The notes: generated by a model not told the origin, from the sequence alone. A stretch of 12,803 nt of DNA from Acidobacteriota bacterium (GCA_036507075.1 DASXQR010000183.1:1-12803); one strand, 5' to 3'; shown: positions 1 to 7,693, counted from the stretch's first letter. Translations and numbers: made by a program.

Positions 1-127
1 ATCTACTCGGAAAACACGGATTAGTATCGGGGTCGAGGGATGGGCTCCATCACTGCAGTGTGTTAGTTTCGCCGAGCGTCGACGCCCATCCCTCGACCCC
101 GATACCATCAGCGTTGTCCGCGTAAAT
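1..127. repeat. Long inverted repeat / MITE- or REP-like palindrome (may extend beyond the window start)
   Basis: Perfect 22-bp inverted repeat GTATCGGGGTCGAGGGATGGGC (24-45) / GCCCATCCCTCGACCCCGATAC (84-105). Imperfect pairing continues outward (1-23 with 106-127). The inner region has two 10-bp palindromes, CACTGCAGTG (51-60) and GCGTCGACGC (76-85). Confidence 0.85.
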
Positions 128-159
128 CGGCGGCTAGTTCCTGCAGTTTGTGAATAATC

Positions 160-179
160 CGGGCTTACGCGCGCGGTTC
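160..179 (+). repeat. Truncated copy of the REP-like unit found at 1721-1950
   Basis: CGGGCTTACGCGCGCGGTTC matches the reverse complement of the copy at 1723-1742 (CGGGCTTGCGCCCGCGATAC) at 16 of 20 positions. Confidence 0.6.
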
Positions 180-209
180 GGCTGTTGTCCCATTCACCCC
201 GCTCTCCCA

Positions 210-1640
210 TCACGGCTTTGTCGCTTCCAGGTAACGGACCAGGGTCCGCATGTTCTCCACGAAAGTGCGGCAGTTGATGATGCGGCGGACTGACGAATCG
301 CCCTGAAATCTCAATTGTCCTTCCTCTACCCAGCGGCCTCGCTCGTCGAGCGCACCGATCACGTTTCTCGCTTGTCGGGCGAGAGTTTCGGCCGAGTCTA
401 TACGAGTTGAGCTCCGACTTGGCTCCGACTTCCCGGACCTCGATCTTTGCAGACCCTGGTACTCGCTTTCAATTTTGTCCAGTCGGTCCGCAACTTTGAA
501 GGCATAGTGCGTCGGCATATCCACGTCGCTGTAGGTCAGCGTGTAATCCTTGGTGAAATAAAGCGGCTGGTTTGTTTTCAATTCGTAGAATCGGGCCAGA
601 GTACCGCCGGCCAGGCGGGAGCGCCGCAGATAGGCAATGGCGCGCGGCACGGGCTCCAGATATTTCGGATCGCCGGTTTCACGATACAGGGTCAGCAGAA
701 TCTCCAAAACGCCCTGAGACTCACCTCCCGTCACGGCAGGGGGTTCGAATTTCCTTGCCCACGCAGGATGCATGTCTGCGTCATATTGCTGGGCCCAGGC
801 AGGCTGCGGTTCCGGCATTTGGGCCAGCAGGATGAATCCTGCCGCCTTCTCCGCCGACTTCCTGTAACCAGAGTTGCGGTAGATGCGAGAAGCCAAAAAC
901 ATGGTTTCGATCATGTCGGCGATCGTGTTGTCGTTGAACGTGTAGTATCCGCGGTAGTCGACGGCCGGGTACGTGCGGGACCATGACTCAGGATAGGAAG
1001 CTCTCTTTGTGGGAAACCTGTCCGGATCGGGCGGATGCTCGAAGCGTTGCGGCCAGCCGCCGTTGGGATACTGAGCTGCCAGAAGCGATCCCAAGGCGAA
1101 TAAGGCGGTTTCGTGGATTTTTTCATCTTTGAATTTCAGCGCTTCGTCTACGCGCATCAACAACCGCAGCGCCGATTGCGTGTTGTCATCGTCAAGAGTG
1201 GTTACATTCTTTCCGCCGGCGTCGCCGTTAAAGCGGTACGCGTATTTCGGGCGCAGCGCTGGATCAAATTCAATAAGATAATCCCAGCCACCGGATCGGA
1301 GTTGTCCACTCACCAGGGCGTGTGCGGTTTGGCGCGCTGCATCGAGATAATAGGCATCTCCCGTCGCTCGATGCGCATCCAGAAACGCCATTCCGACGGA
1401 AGGCGTGCCGGGCGGCTGGACCCAAGCCATCGTAGCGGTCGCCTTGCCCTCGCCTTCGCGCAGAGAAAGGTCCTCGCTGTAGCGCCAGAGATAGCCGCCC
1501 TGGACTGTGACCTGTGTCCGAAAGAACTCTGCCGCTCTGCGCATCGCCGTTTTGACCTCACTGCGCAGGACCGGATCGCTTGAAGGGGCAGCAAACAGAA
1601 GATTGAACGAGAGTGCAATGGCGGCGAGAGTTCGGCGCAT
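210..1640 (-). CDS. Secreted pectate lyase, polysaccharide lyase family 10 (PelA/Pel-15E-like), with an N-terminal extension
   Basis: 476-aa ORF with a signal peptide (MRRTLAAIALSFNLLFAA) and an AGGGGA RBS upstream. PL10-type motifs: TTLDDDNT, LLAAQYPNGGWPQ, YTFNDNTI, WAQQYDADMHPAWARKFEPPAVTGGES, ARFYEL. Confidence 0.85.
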   Translation of the reverse strand: MRRTLAAIALSFNLLFAAPSSDPVLRSEVKTAMRRAAEFFRTQVTVQGGYLWRYSEDLSLREGEGKATATMAWVQPPGTPSVGMAFLDAHRATGDAYYLDAARQTAHALVSGQLRSGGWDYLIEFDPALRPKYAYRFNGDAGGKNVTTLDDDNTQSALRLLMRVDEALKFKDEKIHETALFALGSLLAAQYPNGGWPQRFEHPPDPDRFPTKRASYPESWSRTYPAVDYRGYYTFNDNTIADMIETMFLASRIYRNSGYRKSAEKAAGFILLAQMPEPQPAWAQQYDADMHPAWARKFEPPAVTGGESQGVLEILLTLYRETGDPKYLEPVPRAIAYLRRSRLAGGTLARFYELKTNQPLYFTKDYTLTYSDVDMPTHYAFKVADRLDKIESEYQGLQRSRSGKSEPSRSSTRIDSAETLARQARNVIGALDERGRWVEEGQLRFQGDSSVRRIINCRTFVENMRTLVRYLEATKP

Positions 1641-1719
1641 CGATTTCCCCTATCGTGACAGCAAAGGACACGAAACTCAAGCCATCTGAAGGCACCATAA
1701 TTGAACAGCTCTGCCAGTT

Positions 1720-1950
1720 ACAGTATCGCGGGCGCAAGCCCGCGCGCGGCCAATCGAGTCGCCTTCTCGCGGTCAGTACCGCGTGGCGTCAGCCCGCGGC
1801 ACGCCTGTCGACCGGTCTAAGGCTTAAGCGCGGGCTCTGATGGGTCCGAGATAACGATGGTGAGCGCGCCGCGGGCTGACGCCACGCGGTACTGACGGCG
1901 TGGAGGCGGGTCGATTCGCCCCGCCGCGGGCTGACGCCACGCGGCACTGT
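1720..1950. repeat. Cluster of four REP-like palindromic units arranged as a ~230-bp inverted doublet (REPIN/BIME-like)
   Basis: Perfect 29-bp inverted repeat GTCAGTACCGCGTGGCGTCAGCCCGCGGC (1772-1800) / 1868-1896. A third near-identical copy lies at 1923-1949 and a degenerate copy at 1721-1744. The linkers 1752-1771 and 1897-1916 are also imperfectly complementary. Confidence 0.9.
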
Positions 1951-1979
1951 TGAGGCGAAAACGACTCACCGGGCCCCCC

Positions 1980-2006
1980 GCCACGCCCTTGCGGGACGTG
2001 GCTCTA
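1980..2006. repeat. Solitary REP-like hairpin
   Basis: GCCACG...CGTGGC stem (1980-1985/1997-2002) followed by TCTA. On the minus strand it begins TAGAGCC, the same 7-mer that opens both arms of the 12364-12606 element. Confidence 0.45.
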
Positions 2007-2255
2007 TGCTTTGCGTGTCGGCGACGCAATGGCAGAATTTCTCGATAATTCGTTTCCCCGTTTAAAACACGATGCCCGGCAAGCCGCTGTCAATTTTGCC
2101 CTTGTCAATAAGATGCTTCGGTGGATTTACCCGTGCTTTCAACGGTTTGACGCGCGCTGGAACCGGCAAACATGTTTCGCATTGAAGAACATCGACGCCG
2201 GTGTTGAAAGCCTTTGACAAGCCATGAGGTTCTCGTCAAGAACATTCATCCAGGC

Positions 2256-2263
2256 GGAGGGAG
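2256..2263 (+). promoter_or_regulatory. Shine-Dalgarno site of the TonB-dependent receptor
   Basis: GGAGGGAG, 6 nt upstream of ATG 2270. Confidence 0.75.
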
Positions 2264-2269
2264 TCCACT

Positions 2270-5200
2270 ATGCGGCACATTTCAATCCTGGCAGTTGTCT
2301 TGCTCTCGACTGTCGTCAGCTTTGGGCAGACGAACAAGGGCGGGATCAGCGGGACCGTTACTGATGCTTCCGGCGCGGTCATACCCGGGGCCACAGTGAC
2401 CATCACCAATCTTGGCACCAGCCAGAGACTGACTCTCACCACTTCCGACGATGGTACCTATGCGGCTGCCTCGCTCGAGCCGGTCACGTATCGGGTTACA
2501 ACGGAATTGCCGGGCTTCAAGAAGTCGGTGGTGGAAAACGTGAAGGTAGATACCGCCACCACCGTGACCGTCAATGTGAGACTGGAACCCGGCGAGGTGC
2601 TTACTGAAGTAACGGTGACGGCCGAAGCGCCTCTGCTCAACCGCGAGTCCGGTACAACCAGCCAGACAGTAACCGAGCGCCAGATTCAGGACATTCCGTT
2701 GAATAATCGCAGCGTTCTGGATCTGGCTGTGACGGCTGCCAATGTCTCCGGCGACGCGGGCAGTGAAGACCCGGAAGTTACTTCGGGGCAACCCGTGCCC
2801 GGCTTCAATTTGAGTTTGAATGGCGGGCGTCCGGGCAGCACCGCAATTCTGGCTGACGGCGTCAACAATACCGGCGTTGGGATAGCGCGCGCCGTAGTGA
2901 GCTTTACGCCGGAGACGGTGCAGGAGTTCACCGTGCAGACTTCGGCATACGACGCTCAGTTCGGCCAAACTGCCGGCGGTGTCATCAACGCCACCACCAA
3001 GTCCGGCACCAACAGGCTAAACGGGATGGTGCTCTGGTATCACCGCAATCCGGTTACCAACGCGCGCAGGTGGACCACCGGGACCCTCCGCCCGCCCAAT
3101 AACCTGCGTTACAACCAGGTATCGGTCACTGTCGGAGGGCCCGTCGTGTTGCCGAAGATCTACAATGGCCGTAACCGCACTTTTTTCTTCTTCGCATATG
3201 AGCCGCGTTGGCGCCGCGATTTTGTCGTAACAGACGCTCTGCTGCCCACCGATGCCATGCGAACCGGCGACTTCACGGGCCTGGCGAGGGTCGCGAACGG
3301 TTGGGTGCCGGCCGATGTCGTCACGCGCTTCGGAATTCCGGTTACCAGTACAAACACGACGATTTATCAGCAATACAATCTGGCCGGCAACAAGCTGATC
3401 CCGATCACTCTAGGCACGGGGGAGATTTTTCAGCCGTTTGTGGGAAACAAAATTCCGAAAGAGATGATCAATCCGATCGCTGTCAAGGCGCTCGATTTCA
3501 TGCCGCATGCGGGCGGGTACTTCATCAACGAAACGGGCATTCTTGCGAATTATGTGGTGAACCGGTTTGTCAGGCAGGATGAGACGCGCTGTACAACGCG
3601 TATTGATCATCAACTCTCCAGTAACAACCGTATCAATCTCCGATTTACCAAAGTGCCGGCTGTGGGGATCCGGGGATTCGGCAGCGAAGTCAACGGCAAC
3701 ACTGCCGCCTACAGCGATTCGAAGCAACTGGTGGTTGCAGACACGCAGGTTTTCTCCTCGAAAGTAATCAATGACCTGCGACTCAACTACACACGGGGTG
3801 TGTTCAGTGAAGACTTCTCGCCTGAGTTCTCCATCAAGGGCGGCCGGAATCTTTCCCAGGAGCTGGGAATTCCCAGCCTGACTACCGGCGGACTCCCGCT
3901 GTTCCAATTCCTCGACATAACGGGAAACAACACGCCATTCGTAAATATCGGGTCGTCAGGTTCCACCAATAATTTCAATGCAGAAGAGCGCTACAACATT
4001 AATGACGTCCTTTACTGGAACCGCGGAAAGATGAGCTGGAAATTCGGTCTGGATCTCAGCCACGCGTTGCTGAACGTGATTCCTTTTTTCGCGGCATCGG
4101 GCGGGCGGTGGGATTTCCGAACTCTTCAGACCAGCAATAACCGCACAAACCAGCAGGCGGCAGGAGGCAACAGCTTCGCCAGTTTTCTGATCGGCGTTTC
4201 CAATGCGGCGCTGGTGCGTCCTATCCTTATTCCTTATTACTACCGATGGAACAGCGCGGCCGCGTTTGTTCAGGACGATTGGAAAGTGCGTCCGAACCTG
4301 ACGCTCAACCTGGGGCTGCGCTACTCGCTTCAGTTGCCGCGCACCGAGAAATACAATCGCCAGGGCGTCTTCCTGCCTGAATTGGCAAAACAGTTTCCGC
4401 TGGCCGCTCCGGTAACGCTGGCCGGAAAGACATTCACCTCGGCACTGGTCCCGCCATTTGCTTATGCCGGTCGCGGCGGGCGCTCAAAATACATATTTCC
4501 CGTCGAGTACATGGACTTCGAGCCGCGCTTCGGATTTGCCTGGGCGCCAAATCTGTTTGGATGGAGCGGGTCAGGCAGGATCATGATTCGGGGCGGCTAT
4601 GGAATTTCCCATGCGCCGCTGACCGGGAATAACCGCGCGCCAAATCCGGATTTTGGCGCAACGAACAATGTGGGTACCACGGCCACCGGCTCGTCCGGCA
4701 CGGCGGACCCCAACCAGCCCCTGGCCTTCTCTAACCCGCCTGTGTACAGCTCGCTCAATCCGGAGAAGGCGTTGAATATTCCGAATGACGGGCTGGTATA
4801 TCTGGATAGTCTCGCCATCCCGGGATTCGCTATTTCAGGCAACACACGAATTCCGTACCTGCAGAACTGGAATCTGACCCTCTCCTATGAGCCGGCGAAG
4901 AATACCATCGTTGAGGTCGCCTATGTCGGCAGCAAGGGGACCAATCTCTACATGCCGCGCGTGAACATCAACCCGCGCGATCTGGATTTTGTCGAGTTCC
5001 TGGAAGCCAATAACCTGAGCGCCGACACGAACATCAATGATCCACTCGGTCGAAGGGCGCTCAACGGAACGACGCTTGCCGTACCGAGAGGCAGTCTGGA
5101 TACCAAATTCCTGGGTTTTAACAACCTGCTCTCGTACTTTGATGCGTCAGCCAACAGCATTCGGCACGCTATGTACATCGACGTGCGCCGCCGTGTCTCC

Positions 5201-6208
5201 AGAGGTCTGACCTTTACGGCGAATTATAACTATGGCAAGTCGATCGACGACGCTTCGGATGCGAGCCCTGATACCAGGGTACTTTCGACCACCAGCACGG
5301 CAGGGCATGTGACTTTCGGGGCGCCGCGCTACATCGACCGGGCTATTTCGATTTACGACATTAAACACATCTTTAACTCAACGTTTATTTATGATTTCCC
5401 GTTCGGTCGCGGTCGGCGGTTTCTCTCCAATTCGTGGGAGCCCGTTGAGTGGGCAGCAGGAGGGTGGACCGTTGCCGGAGTGTTTCGTCTGCAGGGCGGG
5501 TATCCTTTCGTGCCGTCGATAACCGACACCAACAGGCTGAGCGGCAACATCACTCACACGATCCGGCCCGACCTGGTTTCCGGTGTCCCGCTGCACAATT
5601 CGTTGTGGAAGCGTGGTTGTCCGGTCGGGAATCTTTGTGAGCCCTACATCAATCCCGCCGCGTTCATGCGTCCGGCCAAGGGAGCGCTGGGCGACGCGCC
5701 GCGCACGCTGGACATCCGCGGCCCGAGGCAGAGATACTTTGACGTATCGTTGCAGAAGAACTTCCGGATTGGGGAGCGCGGGCGACGCGTGCAGCTCAGG
5801 GTGGACATGATCAACGCCTTCAATCATCCGAATTTCCGTTTGAACAACCTGGATATGGGCGGGTTGCCGGATGAGACTCCAATTTCGACTGGAGATTACG
5901 ACGCCTGGATGGCGGCCGCCTCCGGGCGACCGGCTAGATCGACACCGACAGGGGCGGCGTTGTTTTCGCAGATACAGAGTTTTGTCACAGGAAGCAGATT
6001 GGCCAGCGGCGCGCTGCCCCTGGATTTCTTTGCCAACGTTCGTCTTCCGCAGGGATTTGCCTCGACCGATGCCAACGCATTTGACATCAGCACGCTTGCC
6101 GGTTTCAAGCTGTACCGCCTGCGCCGCGCCTATGACACCAACTATGGAACGCTTCGGGAAACCGGCTTGCCTCGTTATGTGCAGTTCGGGTTGAGGATTT
6201 ATTTTTGA
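2270..6208 (+). CDS. TonB-dependent outer-membrane receptor (Oar-like / acidobacterial type with N-terminal carboxypeptidase-regulatory-like domain), probable oligosaccharide transporter
   Basis: 1312 aa with a signal peptide. N-terminal GGISGTVTDASGAVIPGATVTITN domain; plug motif VQEFTVQTSAYDAQFGQTAGGVINATTKSGTN; barrel motifs FVQDDWKVRPNLTLNLGLRYS, FEPRFGFAW, NAFNHPNF; C-terminal PRYVQFGLRIYF ending in Phe. Confidence 0.93.
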   Translation: MRHISILAVVLLSTVVSFGQTNKGGISGTVTDASGAVIPGATVTITNLGTSQRLTLTTSDDGTYAAASLEPVTYRVTTELPGFKKSVVENVKVDTATTVTVNVRLEPGEVLTEVTVTAEAPLLNRESGTTSQTVTERQIQDIPLNNRSVLDLAVTAANVSGDAGSEDPEVTSGQPVPGFNLSLNGGRPGSTAILADGVNNTGVGIARAVVSFTPETVQEFTVQTSAYDAQFGQTAGGVINATTKSGTNRLNGMVLWYHRNPVTNARRWTTGTLRPPNNLRYNQVSVTVGGPVVLPKIYNGRNRTFFFFAYEPRWRRDFVVTDALLPTDAMRTGDFTGLARVANGWVPADVVTRFGIPVTSTNTTIYQQYNLAGNKLIPITLGTGEIFQPFVGNKIPKEMINPIAVKALDFMPHAGGYFINETGILANYVVNRFVRQDETRCTTRIDHQLSSNNRINLRFTKVPAVGIRGFGSEVNGNTAAYSDSKQLVVADTQVFSSKVINDLRLNYTRGVFSEDFSPEFSIKGGRNLSQELGIPSLTTGGLPLFQFLDITGNNTPFVNIGSSGSTNNFNAEERYNINDVLYWNRGKMSWKFGLDLSHALLNVIPFFAASGGRWDFRTLQTSNNRTNQQAAGGNSFASFLIGVSNAALVRPILIPYYYRWNSAAAFVQDDWKVRPNLTLNLGLRYSLQLPRTEKYNRQGVFLPELAKQFPLAAPVTLAGKTFTSALVPPFAYAGRGGRSKYIFPVEYMDFEPRFGFAWAPNLFGWSGSGRIMIRGGYGISHAPLTGNNRAPNPDFGATNNVGTTATGSSGTADPNQPLAFSNPPVYSSLNPEKALNIPNDGLVYLDSLAIPGFAISGNTRIPYLQNWNLTLSYEPAKNTIVEVAYVGSKGTNLYMPRVNINPRDLDFVEFLEANNLSADTNINDPLGRRALNGTTLAVPRGSLDTKFLGFNNLLSYFDASANSIRHAMYIDVRRRVSRGLTFTANYNYGKSIDDASDASPDTRVLSTTSTAGHVTFGAPRYIDRAISIYDIKHIFNSTFIYDFPFGRGRRFLSNSWEPVEWAAGGWTVAGVFRLQGGYPFVPSITDTNRLSGNITHTIRPDLVSGVPLHNSLWKRGCPVGNLCEPYINPAAFMRPAKGALGDAPRTLDIRGPRQRYFDVSLQKNFRIGERGRRVQLRVDMINAFNHPNFRLNNLDMGGLPDETPISTGDYDAWMAAASGRPARSTPTGAALFSQIQSFVTGSRLASGALPLDFFANVRLPQGFASTDANAFDISTLAGFKLYRLRRAYDTNYGTLRETGLPRYVQFGLRIYF

Positions 6209-6231
6209 AGATTGAATAACCACTGACATAG

Positions 6232-6404
6232 TTTCGAATGCGGAATGCGGAATGCGGAATAATTGTCCGTGGTCAGTGGTCCGTAGTCAGTCGTGTGCAT
6301 GGGCTACGTAATCACCTAACGAATCATGGAGCACGAACAACGGACCACCGACTACGGACGACAGACAGGTTTTATTCCGCATTCCGCATTCCGAAATCCG
6401 CATT
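6232..6404. repeat. Nested inverted arrays of heptamer tandem repeats
   Basis: Outer pair: (AATGCGG)x3 at 6237-6257 and (CCGCATT)-type x4 at 6377-6404, with a perfect 22-bp inverted repeat 6241-6262/6372-6393. Inner pair: GTCNGTN x4 at 6265-6292 and complementary units x5 at 6332-6366. Confidence 0.9.
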
Positions 6405-6429
6405 TGAGGGTGAGGATGAAAAACGTACG

Positions 6430-7611
6430 ATGATCTCATCGTTCCTGTTATTTACTTCTTTGATTTTACAGTCAGCGCCGGCAGACGAACCACCTCGCGA
6501 ATGGGTGGATTCCAGCACTGGTCACCGAGTCGTTCGGTTATCCGATGAGCCGGGCAGCGCCAGTCTCTACTTTCATCAGAATGCGTACACGGCCGGCGGC
6601 GACAAGCTGCTTTTTTCCACCAGACGGGGCCTGTCTACCATTAACCTGAAGACAAAGGAGATTGCGCCGGTTGTGGAAGGGCGCGTCAGCCATGTCGTCG
6701 TCGGCAAAAAGACGCGCCAGGTCTTCTATATTAAAGATGACACGGTTTATGCCACGAATATCGACACGCGAGCTACGCGGGCGATCGTCAAAATGCCGGA
6801 ACTCCGGTCCGGTTCCGGGCTGACTGTAAACGCCGACGAGACGCTGCTTGCGGGAAGTTATGTGGAAGGGGAGCGCCGCGCCGCTGCGCCCGAGCGGCCC
6901 AATAACGTTCTGCCCGGTGCTGTTCAGGGGTCGCCCCCTGCCAGAGAAAGCAGCCTGGAGGCCCGCTGGGCTGCGCGCCGTCCAATGGCACTGTACACCA
7001 TAAGTATCGAGACGGGAGAAGTAAAGACATTCAATCACAGCACCGATTGGCTCAATCACGTGCAATTGTCTCCGGCTGATCCGACGCTGCTGATGTTCTG
7101 CCATGAGGGACCCTGGCATAAGGTCGATCGAATCTGGACTATCCGCACCGACGGCTCCGACCTGCGTAAGATCCACACCAGAATCATGGAAATGGAAATC
7201 GCAGGTCATGAGTTCTGGAGCCCGGATGGCAAGATCATCTGGTACGACCTGCAGACCCCAAAGGGGCATGAGTTCTGGCTCGCCGGGATGGTTTTGGCTA
7301 CCGGTGAAAAGATCCGTTATAAGTTAGAGCGTGATCAGTGGTCTGTGCATTTCAACATCTCGCCTGGCAGAAAGCTTTTCGCAGGGGACGGCGGCGGTCC
7401 GCGGAGCGTGGCAGCTCCCGGCAACGGACAGTGGATCTATCTCTTCACGCCGAAAGGCGGAGCCCTGACGGCAGAAAAGCTGGTCAACCTTGCAAAGCAC
7501 GACTATACGCTTGAGCCCAACGTCACCTTCACCCCGGACCAGAAATGGATTGTGTTTCGCTCCAACATGCACGGACCGACGCATGTGTATGCTGTGGAAG
7601 TGAGCAAGTAA
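6430..7611 (+). CDS. Oligogalacturonate lyase family protein (PL22, Ogl-like beta-propeller), probably exported
   Basis: Motifs [72 protein letters not shown]. Start moved from 6238 to ATG 6430 because the upstream 64 codons are translated heptamer repeats and 6430 gives a hydrophobic N-terminus ([18 protein letters not shown]). Confidence 0.87.
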   Translation: MISSFLLFTSLILQSAPADEPPREWVDSSTGHRVVRLSDEPGSASLYFHQNAYTAGGDKLLFSTRRGLSTINLKTKEIAPVVEGRVSHVVVGKKTRQVFYIKDDTVYATNIDTRATRAIVKMPELRSGSGLTVNADETLLAGSYVEGERRAAAPERPNNVLPGAVQGSPPARESSLEARWAARRPMALYTISIETGEVKTFNHSTDWLNHVQLSPADPTLLMFCHEGPWHKVDRIWTIRTDGSDLRKIHTRIMEMEIAGHEFWSPDGKIIWYDLQTPKGHEFWLAGMVLATGEKIRYKLERDQWSVHFNISPGRKLFAGDGGGPRSVAAPGNGQWIYLFTPKGGALTAEKLVNLAKHDYTLEPNVTFTPDQKWIVFRSNMHGPTHVYAVEVSK

Positions 7612-7621
7612 AACCATCTTA

Positions 7622-7677
7622 CTTGGTGCCTTGGTGCCTTTGTGGTTAAGAAAACCACGAAGACACCAAGACACCAA
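7622..7677. repeat. Hairpin built from inverted octamer tandem repeats
   Basis: CTTGGTGC CTTGGTGC CTTTGTGG TT - AAGAA loop - AACCACGAAG ACACCAAG ACACCAA; 22 of 25 positions complementary (7623-7647/7653-7677). Confidence 0.88.
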
Positions 7678-7693
7678 ATTGCTAGTGTTACTA

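Noticed and set aside
1720..1950. Possible CRISPR array
   Set aside because: Units are in inverted orientations, the linkers are complementary to each other rather than unique spacers, and no cas genes are present.
1613..2217. Short ORFs (68-75 aa) in the divergent intergenic region
   Set aside because: Two translate REP units; none has a clear RBS or recognisable product.
5378..6229. 283-aa minus-strand ORF, and similar ones at 2282-2968, 6538-7269 and 7324-7926
   Set aside because: Antisense to well-supported genes, with no domain features.
6238..6429. 64-codon N-terminal extension of the PL22 ORF in the ORF track
   Set aside because: It is the translation of heptamer repeats (MRNAECG..., SAFRIPKSAF) and would bury the hydrophobic N-terminus.
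7631..7693. TTG start for GH106 at 7631
   Set aside because: It lies within the octamer hairpin; ATG 7694 gives a more plausible signal peptide.
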